64,000 bases of DNA, taken from assembly GCA_976226885.1 (NCBI GenBank), contig OZ320316.1:35278001-35342000 (forward strand), written 5' to 3'. This DNA comes from Iphione sp. A-MEVVRFRX5 (Eukaryota). A model generated the notes under the pieces. It saw nothing but the letters and a program-made list of their open reading frames with translations, was not told the origin of the DNA and did not search any database. This document shows positions 11,987 through 23,320 of the stretch, piece by piece; the stretch's first letter is position 1, and the number at the start of each line of letters is the position of its first letter. Made by a program: the position numbers and the translations under genes.

Positions 11987-14900
11987 ACACTGATATGTTT
12001 AATATGTAAGAGGTATTATGTACATCTATGCATTGTTTATATAACGGTTTTTATGGAAAATGCTGTGCTCTATCCTGACTAGATATACTTTTCTTCTCTA
12101 TATACAGGAATATTTGCCACCACATATGTAGATGAAGGGAAGGATGGACTGACGAAGAGACGGGTCATACATATACATAAGAGAACCAAGGGACGTAGGC
12201 AAAAGTAGCCAGTGAAGCAGATAGATAAACGATTGTTAACTACGCAAACGTCGCTCAGATAAAAGGTATAAACAGGAATTTTGTGAGGACCGGCAGGAGG
12301 TTGGTATGTACATACACGTATAGTCTAAGACAAGCCGGTGCTGTAACCTCTTTATGAATGAGAAATCAATTTACGTTCAGTGTTGGGTAAATATATCTAG
12401 TAATGTGCCGAAATAGACTCGCAATGAGACGCGGATGTCAGTCGGGGATTAAGACGGAAGGGAAAGAACTTTTAAGAGATAAGAGGACAAACACAATAGA
12501 GGAGTGATCCAGAGCTAAAGCTACGGAGTAAGAGATAGACACAGAGAGAAAGAGAAAAAAAAGAGAGAAAGAGAGAGAGAGCAGGAGATATGATAACAGA
12601 GGGAGTGTCAGAGAGGTACTGATACAAGAATTAGAATGGATGCTACAAGAGGAAACTGATAGAAAGGCCGAGTAGTCGAGATCAAATATACATTTGGAGC
12701 TTGGAGGCCAACGGCGTACGATTTGCCAACTAATACTGACCGATAACTCCATTATGGCGGGCGCCGATCAGTTGACAGCACGGTCTTCACGCCCCAGCAG
12801 AGCGGGAAATGGGTCGAGCGGCGCCCACCTTTGATTTAATTCACCTCCTTCAAGGTATTATCAGCGGCAGCCGGAAGGCACGTGCGCGCCTCAGTAAACA
12901 CCTTTTGCTCGTAATGCGGCGCCCATATAGGGAAAAGGCTTAGCATAGAGTGCTGAGTTTTCCTCTCAATGCTGTTGGAAACACCTGCAGTGCAAGAAGG
13001 GTCGTGTACCTGAACACTTGGGAATGATTGATAGGATGTTCATTTGAGCGTGGTGACGATTCGATGAAGCTGTGCACAGCCAAATTCCGGACGGACGTTT
13101 GCTTTTCATCAAAATGCTTGCCGCCTACGTCGTGATAAGCATTATTAGAAGCCGTGCCCACTTTGTAGTCTGTCTGCAATATGTAGCACATGTATGTCAG
13201 TGTGCATCCTTCTAACTCTTTCTCTTCTTCTTTAGAAGCTACAAATATATAAATATCTATAATATGCGTATATATTTAGAGTATTCAAACTTTACAGTTT
13301 TAGGCAATGTAAGAGATGGGTCCATTGACGCCCATTTTGTGGTGGTCGAAACACAAGTTCAGAAGGAACTGATTTCCTGAGGACAGTTAACAAAATTTCT
13401 TACACAATACTCTCAGATTTACATGATGCAAAACATCTAACGGCAACCAAAATGACATAATACATTTCTTGCATGACTTCCCCAAACAGTAGGAATCAGA
13501 CATCATAAGAGGGCTTGATTTGTGTACCTCATTTAAATACAATAATACATTTGTGTCTATATATACCCATATTTATATACATGTACATGTACATATATGA
13601 AAGCGATTTATCTCATATGAGAGATCACATAATTATCCACTGAGTGGGTAAAAAAGTATGTGATTTGTTTAGTAGGCAAGTGTGAAGGTTGGAGTGCTGG
13701 TCTCCTGACATGTCCATGTTATATGTGTCAGTGCCTTTACTGTTCCAGTATAACATGAATATCGAAAGAAGGTCCTTCATATCTCTCCTCTGAGGAGCCC
13801 GGTGCCTCACGTCTGATTAGAGGCTTTCACCGGGAACTCCCCCGGAAGTCAATGGTCGGCGCACCGACGGCAGCAGCAACGACGTGAGGGGAGTGGGTTG
13901 GATGGACGAGAAAGGGTAGTTCACAACGCCACAAGGTTTTTGGTCTCATATTGTCGCTACCGTAGAGGCTGACCAGCGCCTTTCTCTCCTTCCGTGGCTC
14001 CTCCTGTATCGTCTGCGTCCACGCTGTGGTCCTGCCAGCGTCTTGCCGCAGCGTCTCCCTTCGGAAGCGGCGTCTGATTGAGGAACGCCCGGCGCGATTA
14101 CATTAGCCGCACATTCCGCTCACGTTCACCACATAACAAGCGGCGGCTACATCGGCGAGGGGGGGGGAGGGGGGAGCGGCGGTGCCGTAACTTAGCGCCA
14201 ACAAACTTCACCTGCCCACCCGCGCCCTCACCATTGAGGGTGGTTATTGATGGGTGGCCCACTCGAGGGGCCGGCCAGCCCGGCCCGCACTACATACTGA
14301 TGCTGACCACAATGAATTGGCCCTCTGGCCCCGGCTGTCATGCCCACGTCGTCCGGCGCCGCCTGAGAGATCTCCCCACCGGTCGGCAATGTTTAAAGTT
14401 GGATGTCTGGTCGTCCAAGTCGCTGGCAAGACGGCCGTGCTAGCTGATAGGACGACAATTATGGAGGGTAAAGGGCGACTGGCTGCTGCTAAATCTTCAG
14501 CATTAGCGGAGCCGCTGCTCGTACATATTGTAAAAAGTGATAAGGGAATCCCTCCCTCCAAAAGAGGATAGGCTGTGCTCTCGCAAAAGCGGTCACTGCG
14601 ATGCTTTCTGCGTAGTCTCCGTCCCTCTATTGAGCGTCCCTCCAGCCTTGAAAGGTTAAGTTTTAATAAATTTAAACTGCAATGGATCGCGCCACCGAGG
14701 GACGCGAACGTCATAGCTGGTGTGTTGCTTTCGAAAGGGACTGGTTTGCACATTATTCAGAAGTCTGCGCTTTCTATAAAGCAGGCTGAGAAGCTGTAAA
14801 GAGACCTATAAGGGTATCTCTAGATTCCATATCCTCGGACGTTGCCAAGGGGGAGCCTCTAAGGCTTTCAGCATATAGGGCAAACTTCCCCATGATAATA

Positions 14901-14989
14901 TTTCATTTATGATTGACGTGCTACCGCAACACGTGCCACGCCTGTTGCTGGTCGGCCTCTCTAGAGGCCGTCTGCTAATTACTGTATAG

Positions 14990-15165
14990 CTTCCAGGTCA
15001 AGGGTCAAGGTGCTAAGTGACCAATCGCGGCGTTCCCTGGGGTTTGCCTTGCATGGCCGCTAGATGGCCATACATCTGAAGAGGCCGCGATAATAACGGA
15101 CATTGCCCCCTATTCAGGACCAGCTGTATCGACTACCCGATGATTGGTTAGGGCCGCGCATGCAC
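14990..15165. promoter_or_regulatory. Intronic regulatory island (DR1, two CCAAT boxes, CTCF-like, NRF1-like)
   Basis: AGGTCA-A-GGGTCA 14995-15007; CCAAT near 15021; ATTGG near 15143; CCGCTAGATGGCCA 15057-15070; GCGCATGC near 15157. Confidence 0.5.
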
Positions 15166-15229
15166 CGAATACAAAGATCAGCCACGCTTGTTCAACGTCA
15201 GTGAACTAACCATGGCAGTGCCTAACTTA

Positions 15230-15660
15230 CAGGAAGAAATTGACTTAGCAATGGAGGCGTGAGGTATCGGACATTGGCCCAGTTTGCCAGGAGGGGAACC
15301 TGAGGTCCTGGAGTGTATAAGTGAAGCGGGGCCAGAGGACAGTGAGATTTCGAAGAGTATTGAGGCGGTGGTTGACCTTTGGACCATAATTCAGTCGATT
15401 GGGTGCTTCCTAGAGACACCATGACGGCACGTTCGACTGGCTCTCTATCAATAGAAGCAATGGATGACTACATGATGTGAAAACCCCTGGAACTCTTTCA
15501 TAAAAAGGGAATCCTCGAAGTTCTCATAGGGTGTGTCCATGGTCATACTTGGAAATCCAAATTTCAGTGTAGATGTAGCAGTCTTTGTTGTCAATGGTGC
15601 TACCGTGTCAGTTGTGTCCTTTCAAGACTGTTGGATGGAATCCAGTCGCGAGACAGAGGA
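15230..15660 (-). mobile_element. Highly decayed LINE APE-endonuclease-like remnant
   Basis: Minus-strand fragments such as DCYIYTEIWIS (cf. the endonuclease TETW motif) and STELWSK, interrupted by stops and frameshifts. Confidence 0.35.
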
Positions 15661-17078
15661 GAAGCAGCAGCATGGATCATTTTGGTAACTACTCCTCTTT
15701 AGACATTGCTGTCTCATCAGGCACCCAAAATATTTATGTTTAGTTTTGACAGTTGGACATGGTGTCACCCTGGGTGGGAGATCTTGACAGGTCTCACACG
15801 GGTGTACACTGTGGTTGTGTGGGTCCCATATCAATAGAAAAGAGCTCCACATTATCTGTGCGGGTACGGTGTCCCTGGTTGGGGGCCAAGAGTCCATACA
15901 CACAAGCCAGATGGTGTTTGAAGGACCCCACCAGTCCCACCTCCTAAGTACAACTGTCAGACACCAAATGGTGTTTGCCCCCTGGAGTGCCGCTAAGTCC
16001 AAAAGGGGTGGAAATCCAAATTTCAAATCATAAGCATCACAGAGAACTGTCCTCTGGAATTCAGTAAACACTAGCAAAAAGCAGTGTGAAAATACCTTTG
16101 GCACAAAAGGCCTTCGTTATCAGTAATGTTTTATAAAGTGATCCCATGGGAATCACACCACCTGTCTCTTCAAAGTTGAATGAAACGAAATTAATGCGGC
16201 ATTTTACTACAGAGTTTATTGAAAACATGATTTCAAGTAACTGGAATTGTAGGCATTGGGGTTGTGGGAGAGGGATTATTGCCAGATACATGTAACCACG
16301 TCCAATTCAGGTAAAGGTATTTCATGCATCATCCTCAGGGCCTTTTTACCGATGAAATGCTAGTGATCTCCTAAATGAAGGAGGAGAGTGCATCTCGTTT
16401 TCAACTCCAACGTAAGAGAAGTGTGTTTGTACGAACAAAAAAGAAGAGCGGTTGTCTTCCTATTGTTGTTTTTATTTAACACAGATCGATATACATTTAG
16501 CTTTGATATTTTTTAATATATAATAAAATACGTCTCTTGTTTTGTAAGCATGTTATGGATAAAATCAATTTAATTACACTGAAGATATTAGATAGGTTTC
16601 CTTAACAATGGCGTGTAGTTTGTAATGATAGACATGCCTCCTGTGTATGAAGTATGTTATAATGCCCTGAACCTAGATAATCATAATACGATGGAGATAA
16701 CATGAACGGAAGGCAGAGGGGGTGGCCTTTGATAGAGCATGTTTTAATACCTTCTGAAATAATGAAATTCAGAACGACCTTTTTAGACAGTAATGTATGT
16801 TGTAATCCGTCTACATAAAGAAGCAGCATATTAAAATAGTACTGTATTAAAACAGTATTTGTACATATTTTGAATCATATATATAACGTGTAATGAGAAT
16901 TAAGTACGCATACTTAGAGCAGGTCAGAGCAATAATCAAACGTCATTCATTCAACGCATAGCATTTGAAACTTTATTATTTTCCACTCAGACTGCCGACC
17001 GCAGTCGCATTAAATGCATCGCCCGAGACACCAATTAATCAATACGCTTTTTGATTTGGCCTTCTCTTCTCCTTTCAG

Positions 17079-17276
17079 TGACAGTCGGTCCCCGGAGGAC
17101 GTGCGGCTCGACACCGGCGGTTCTGACCGACGAGCGGGGCACACTGGCCCGCGTGACGGCGCTGGAGAGCGGTTACGGCTCCGAGTCCTGCCCCTGGCTC
17201 ATCCAGGCCAAGCCCGGCCAGCGCATCAACATCACCCTGCTCGACTTCGCCATCTCCCCGCCAGAGAGGCAGCTAG
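17079..17276 (+). CDS. Exon: N-terminal half of CUB-like domain
   Basis: Acceptor ctttcag|TG, donor G|gtcggt. Encodes VTVGPRRTCGS...CPWLIQAKPGQRINITLLDF, matching the CUB C-x-W-x-I...G-x-x-I-x-L-x-x-x-DF pattern. Confidence 0.88.
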
Positions 17277-17497
17277 GTCGGTCAGCCGTGAAAACCAGGG
17301 GTAAATCCAACCCTTCATTCCCAAAACGCATCCTGACCTTCTAATTGCCGATAACTGATGAAGGTAGCTACATAACTTTTACGGGGCTGACCGCCGGGAC
17401 TTCAGCCATAAGTGAATGCTTAGCCTTTCCTTTTGAGGATTCTCTTCAAAGACACCGTTTCAAAAAGCAGTCGCAGCGACACGGACTCCATTATTAA

Positions 17498-17851
17498 CCC
17501 ATTAAGGGCTGAAACAAGTATGGGATAAAGTCTTATTAAGACTAGGAAATGGGACTAGACACTCTCCAAAAGGACGAGGGCTTTATAGATAATAATGCCA
17601 TTACCTACCTGTTGTATAAAAGGTGTAAAAATATGTATAGGTTCTTGTCATTAGTAATGAAAATAAGCCTATTTCAGTTGTTTGACATGTTTCTTTGGTG
17701 AAAAATTCTTTAAAGAAATCTAGAAATACTTAAAAATGTACCCTGATCCATGATGCCTCAAGGCATCATTCGTCCTCCCCATGGTGATGCCTGCAGGCAT
17801 CATTAGTCCTACCAATGGTGATGCCTCTAGGCATCACTGGTCCCCATTGGG
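17498..17851. mobile_element. piggyBac-like non-autonomous element (MITE)
   Basis: TTAA|CCCATT...ATTGGG|TTAA with TTAA at 17494-17497 and 17852-17855, CCC/GGG termini, an AT-rich body and subterminal palindromic repeats. Confidence 0.6.
17751..17836. repeat. Three 34-bp-period palindromes TGATGCCT-NN-AGGCATCA
   Basis: Copies at 17751-17768, 17785-17802 and 17819-17836. Confidence 0.95.
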
Positions 17852-17949
17852 TTAACAGTGATGCTGTGGACTCAGCCTTAATTAAACTGAAGTCGACCCT
17901 TAGATCCTTTTCTCGCTTCCTTAACTCCCCAATGCGTAATATTTCATAA

Positions 17950-18600
17950 GATTCCCGGATCTTCGTCTTCCGTTTGGTAATGATCTTGGTTTATCAGAGT
18001 TTATAAATGCTTTCAAATGAAGGGGTCAGTATGTAAAAGTTACTACACACACTAATACTAAAGTAACTTTTAAATTTTTTTCTCGTCTTATATGTCCTGC
18101 TACCTGGGAGTAACAACACGTACATGTGCTGCCAAACCTTTGGTGGTACATGTATATGATACATTGTCTTCTAATTGATAATGTAGACAAAGGAAGCATC
18201 TCTGTCCTTCTTGCATTAATGATTTTGTAGTTTGGCACTCTCCCATTCAAACTTCGTGCTATCTCGTACATGACTAAGCTAACTCATGCAAGGCACTTAA
18301 GTCTTTTTCCTCCCATCGCTGTGTGTACTTTCCCTAAAATATGTCCCTTGGCAGTCATCAAGTTACATATTTTATCACACTTACGTTGCCCGTGCCACCT
18401 AAAGAACGTGCTAATACCTAAGACAAAGCCTTGATGATCCTGTCCATCTCCTGTATATAAAATCTACCTTGCAAGACCGCCGAGTGGAATCACATCGGCG
18501 AAGTTCCTCATATGGTCTTTTATCTCATTTAGAGGATCATTGAAAGGCGGAATTACTGCTTAACTCTATCAGGTCCAGGAAATTGATGTTTTTGGAATTG
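17950..18600 (-). mobile_element. Possible decayed Penelope-like element
   Basis: Minus-strand fragments KNINFLDL (cf. the Penelope RT FLD motif) and KRKTKIRESYEI (cf. the GIY-YIG C-terminal RK-x-KE-x-x-x-I). Many stops. Confidence 0.3.
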
Positions 18601-20656
18601 GTAACTGTAGTTTGATATATCATGCATAGGTGTAGGTATTAATACAAGAGATATTTTGTAATATTATACATCAAGTGAATGCTCTTGAATTGCATGTTAT
18701 TTCGAAAATAATTGTACTTTATTTATTTGGTTGCCATGGCAGCAAGACAGGATTGAACATGAGATATTTATAGAATTTACATTTTATTTACCCTAAATTT
18801 TATTGCTGTAGTATAAATATTGAAATATATATTGCTTCTAGAAGAAAATACTCAATTGGGAAAGTGTTCAGGAGGTGATTTCTAGTGCTTTGATAACTAA
18901 TTTGTCCTTGATCTGAAAGACATTTTTTCATGGCCTGTAAGTATAATTTTATTTTGCAAAAATAGTGTATAACCATATGCATAAACACCAATGATGCAGA
19001 TTGGATGCATCTGGTCACATAGGACTCCTAACAAAATAATGAATTCATTCTCAGTTTTTGTGACAGAAATTGACAAAAGAGACTTTTTATAATATACAGG
19101 CTGTTTGTAATGATAAACAATTTTATGTAATATTGACATAATCATTTCATTTCTTACTAAAGAAAGGTATAAGACATCATAACTTATAATTTTAGTATTG
19201 TTCCACTAATGATTTTTTTCAAACATATAATACGCTGTAGGGATAGACCCTTTAGTATTTCACAGCAATAATCTGATAATATAATATAATATTAATTTAT
19301 CTCTTAATTGAAGTTTTAACACATATTTGTATCAATATGTGCATAAACATATGTGGACATGCTCAATTTTGAGGTTCTTACAGGTAATGTGACTGCTTCG
19401 CTATGGTAACCCCATGTTCTTTCCAAACATATGCATAACAAAGAAGTAACATATGATGTATTACTTTTCACCAAAAAGGAAGCACTTCAATGTACACATG
19501 ATTAGACTATTGCTGGCATAGTAAAACCATTCATATACAGTATGAACAATTTTCCTATGGATGAACCTAGTATGGTTAATAGCTAGAGTCTAAAACGTCT
19601 AATTTCGCCTATATTGTGGGTTATCCAATTGTCTACCGTTTACTTACTTACTGACATACACTGTACTGCTGCATTCCTTTACTAAATTTCAGACCATACT
19701 TATTAAATGCACGTAATCCCAACAATACATGAACATCTGCTCCCTATCACCGACAAGGTTCTTCAGCATAACTAACTCAATCCAATGCTATTTCCCACTT
19801 AGTTTCTTGCCTTGCCTAAGATCACCTAGGGTTGTTATCAAGATACCAACCTTGGCTGGTTCTAATTCAAATTCGAAGATGCTGTTAATGTGTTTTTGTC
19901 GCACTGACCTAATGAAACGGTCGGTAACGAAACAGTTTGATATCGTTAAAATCGCACGAATGCCTAAGATGTCAGACGGATCCTTTTTCTGTGTGTCTCT
20001 TGGCACAGCAAAATTCCCATTTCTAATGTACTACATCCCGTTCTCTGAAAGAAACGAAACCTACAGCTAGGTATTTGGAAGATAACTGTGTCACTCCCTT
20101 ACATTTGCTCGGCTGACTACATACATTTGCCCCTGCTGAGTCTAATTTCTACTCTTTGTGAGCCGGATGTAGTCAGCATATAATTAAATATACACCTCAT
20201 GTCCTAGTGCCTGCTGCCTTTCATTAGAATTTACAGATGTAACTTTGAGCCTGCCTGTCAAGTCAAATATATACATATGTGTATAGCCCTATTTACATGT
20301 ATGTCGCCTTACTCTGTGCGACCTGCAGTGATTACTGCAGTGTTTTACAACTATGTCATGGTCGATGCCCTCCATTGGTCATACAGACTACTGCTTTATC
20401 TACATGCGATGTACAGTATTCGCCTTATTTATGTACCCAGTCCTCTAAAGGTCTTCCTCGGTGCCCTCACCTTACTTATACCCTCCCCAAGTTTTACAGA
20501 CTGCTACTTGGCAAACTTTCCATATCTGATACACACTCTCACATACCCTAACTTTGCGGTCTTTAGAAACTACTGTTGAGCCCTTCTTTTATGCCCGCGA
20601 TCTGCTGCGCTTTTTCTTCTGGTCCTTCACGAAGCACCTTGTTTTTCCACGGACAG

Positions 20657-20851
20657 GCCTGACGCCCCCTGTTGACTATTGTCGGGCCTACGCCATCATC
20701 CGCGACCGCCAGACGGAGCGCAGCACGACGGTGTGTGGTGGACACGCAAGGAAGAGCATCGTCTACCTGTCCCAGTCCAACAGTGTGGAGGTGCGCGTTA
20801 TTCGAGCAGCACGCAAGGACCAGGTGGACCACTTCCTCCTGCATTATGAGA
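20657..20851 (+). CDS. Exon: C-terminal half of CUB-like domain
   Basis: Acceptor gacag|GC, donor A|gtgagt. Encodes YCRAYAIIRD...TVCGG...YLSQSNSVEVRV...FLLHYE (CUB C-terminal CG, S-x-SN-x-v-x-v and F-x-l-x-Y motifs). Confidence 0.88.
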
Positions 20852-23167
20852 GTGAGTATAATTAGGAGCAGGTGTAGAGAAGGGTAGGTTTTAGCGTAAT
20901 GTTCGCACTATTATTACAAGAATCTAACGTAGCTTCCCAGGTGTTGTTCACTTTCCTCTCTCATAATAAAGCCTAAATGGTCGAGCAACTTAAATACATG
21001 TTTCTCATGAAATCCTTTTCTTTAGGAATAAAATGTAAATCGGTTCTAACGATGGCGAGCATTTCTGGGACACTCCAATTCCCTGTGCACAAACCAAAAA
21101 GACATCTCCAACTATTGCAGTATCTGTGGGAAAGGTCACATTCCGTCCTTGTACCACTACCACCATCCACACATAGCATAGATCTTGCCATTCTTTTGTT
21201 CGCAGCAGTAAAAATAACATGGAAGCGAACATATGGCAACGAAAGCAAGGCGTATTCCTCAAAGGATGAGGATGAGTTGAATGTATGCACTCTGTATTGT
21301 ATCGTCACATAACAGTTACAGACGATTTTTCAAAGATACACTTCGATTGAATGACATGCTCTGTATATAAAAGGCGAACAGGCTTTGGTAATGTAATTCC
21401 TCGTCTAACGCTACTTTAAGAATGAAAGGATGGGAGATTGAATGCACTGATGGAGAAAAAAGATGAGTGTATGTCACAGAGAACAGAAATAGATGGTGGA
21501 AAGGAACAGAGGCAGGAGAATGGTGTACACGGTTAAAATAAGAAAGAAAAGGTCACAGTGATTTAGATAATAAAAGTAAAAAGCAAAGAACTTGAAACAG
21601 AGCATCAAAGGAAAACACAGTTAACGAAAGAGAATTAAGATAGACACTACATCTGAAGGATGCAAACTAGGCAAACTGGAACAGATTAAAAAATCCGTAG
21701 TAAGTATGCATTTACATACAAGCATAAAGAAAAACGAGCACTCAGTCAAAAACAAAAACATACGTGTACGCACCAAAAAAGATGCACAGAAAAACAACAG
21801 AGAAGCAGCAAATACAAAGACATCAAAAAAGAAACATTTGCACATCGAGACATCTACACAGAAATATGACAAAATACAGAAGCAGCAAAAGGCAGAGCTG
21901 CACAGCACAGCTATAAAGTTCTGGGGACAAAAACACAATCACACCCACAAGGGACAGGCAGTGACATAGGTAGAATAGAACAGAGACGTAAACACAAAAG
22001 TGAAATAAGAAAATAACTGAGCTATCCTTTAAACGGTCACGTGGGTGCGCCGTGCTCTGCTTTAAGCCCTGTCTATGACAAGCGTGGTCTGCATGACAGT
22101 TAACTAAAGCTTCGAGGCGACCCGTACCTTACAACGACCTTGCTACTGTCGCATTATGAACGCTCTGCAGGCTTTTCTCCGCCTATTTTTATTGCCCGGT
22201 GCGGCCCGTTTTATAAGGTGTCTTGAGTATTGATGGATATAGTCTCACCTAAAACCTGCCTCACACTAATTAGTAGCTTGATTACCCCCAGTCTGAAGGC
22301 AAAGGGTGCTATATGGCGGCCATAATTAGGCCACCCCGTCTGGGGCGCTTTGATCAACATCCGGCGACGGAAGCGCCATTGACAGTCTAGCGGTGGCCAG
22401 GGAAAGCTGTGATTATCAGCGAAATAGAAGATGGGGCTATTTAAGTATGTGCGAACGGGGATAAGGTAAGGAAGGATGGAGGAAAGGAGAAAGGCAGAAC
22501 CGAGAGAGGGAGACAGAGGGACAGATATAAACGCAAGAACGTAGATAAAAGAAAAGAGAGTTACACAGAGACAACGATAGACGGGCCGGCAGAGAAGGGA
22601 AAGGGAGTGCTGTGAGTGTAAAAGAGACGGAGGGCCGGGAAGCCTCTAGCGGTTGTTCGATGGGCGATGTGCGGGTGGGTTACGCACCGAAATAAGCGAT
22701 CAAAAAAAAGATAACGTGCGATGAAGACCTCTTGTCTGAGAGCCCTCAGATGATGTCCGAGCTGTCTACTGTAGGACCGGGCCGCGACTGTCCTTTGAAA
22801 TCCTTCCTTTAATGGCTTCGGCCAGAGTGCCATCGATTTAAGGATGTGCGCAACTGGCAGCAGTTTCTCAATATGACAAGCCGCCAACGAGATACGCCCA
22901 ACATGGCTGCTGGAGATGTGTGGCTTTTAAGTCTTTACCTGATCAAAGGCTAAGGCAGAGGACACCGTCAAAAAAGCTCAAGTAAAAACACAGTGTTAAC
23001 CCGCTCCGTAGTCTTTATTCGAACTTCTCAACTATACATTGTCAGCTGTTCGTCTTCCACAAGGAACTAATTGAAAACATATCGATCTCTTCCATTGGTC
23101 TGTGTGTCTGCCTGTTTTGTATGCATGTTTGTATGTACTTGTGTGCGTGTGTGCGTGCGTGCTGCAG

Positions 23168-23320
23168 CCATAGGATGCCCACAATTCAAGGCGCCGCCGC
23201 ACGCGCATGTGCAGTTTGAGGGAGGGCGACTCCTAGTGACCTGTAACGGAACTGGCCAGACATGGAGTCTACACTGCGAGGGCAGCACGTGGATGGGCAA
23301 GTACGACAACTGTTCCCAAG
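23168..23320 (+). CDS. Exon: small 4-Cys module, sushi/CCP-like
   Basis: Acceptor tgcag|CC, donor G|gtgagt. Encodes TIGCPQFKAPPHAHVQFEGGRLLVTCNGTGQTWSLHCEGSTWMGKYDNCSQ. The domain name is a pattern-based inference. Confidence 0.8.

Noticed and set aside
14254-14799. Two consecutive ORFs separated by one TAG (possible readthrough)
   Set aside because: No recognisable domain, codon bias or splice sites. Long open frames are expected in GC-rich DNA.
15685-15725. Minus-strand CTGATGA-GAC-loop-GTC-TAAA hammerhead-like core
   Set aside because: The invariant GAAA is TAAA, and stems I and III are not convincing.
17751-17836. CRISPR-like interpretation of the palindromic repeats (also 39261-39405)
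   Set aside because: The spacers are similar to each other rather than unique, there are no cas genes, and the context is eukaryotic.
21621-21969. Lys-rich and Phe/Cys-rich ORFs
   Set aside because: Artefacts of an A-rich low-complexity tract.
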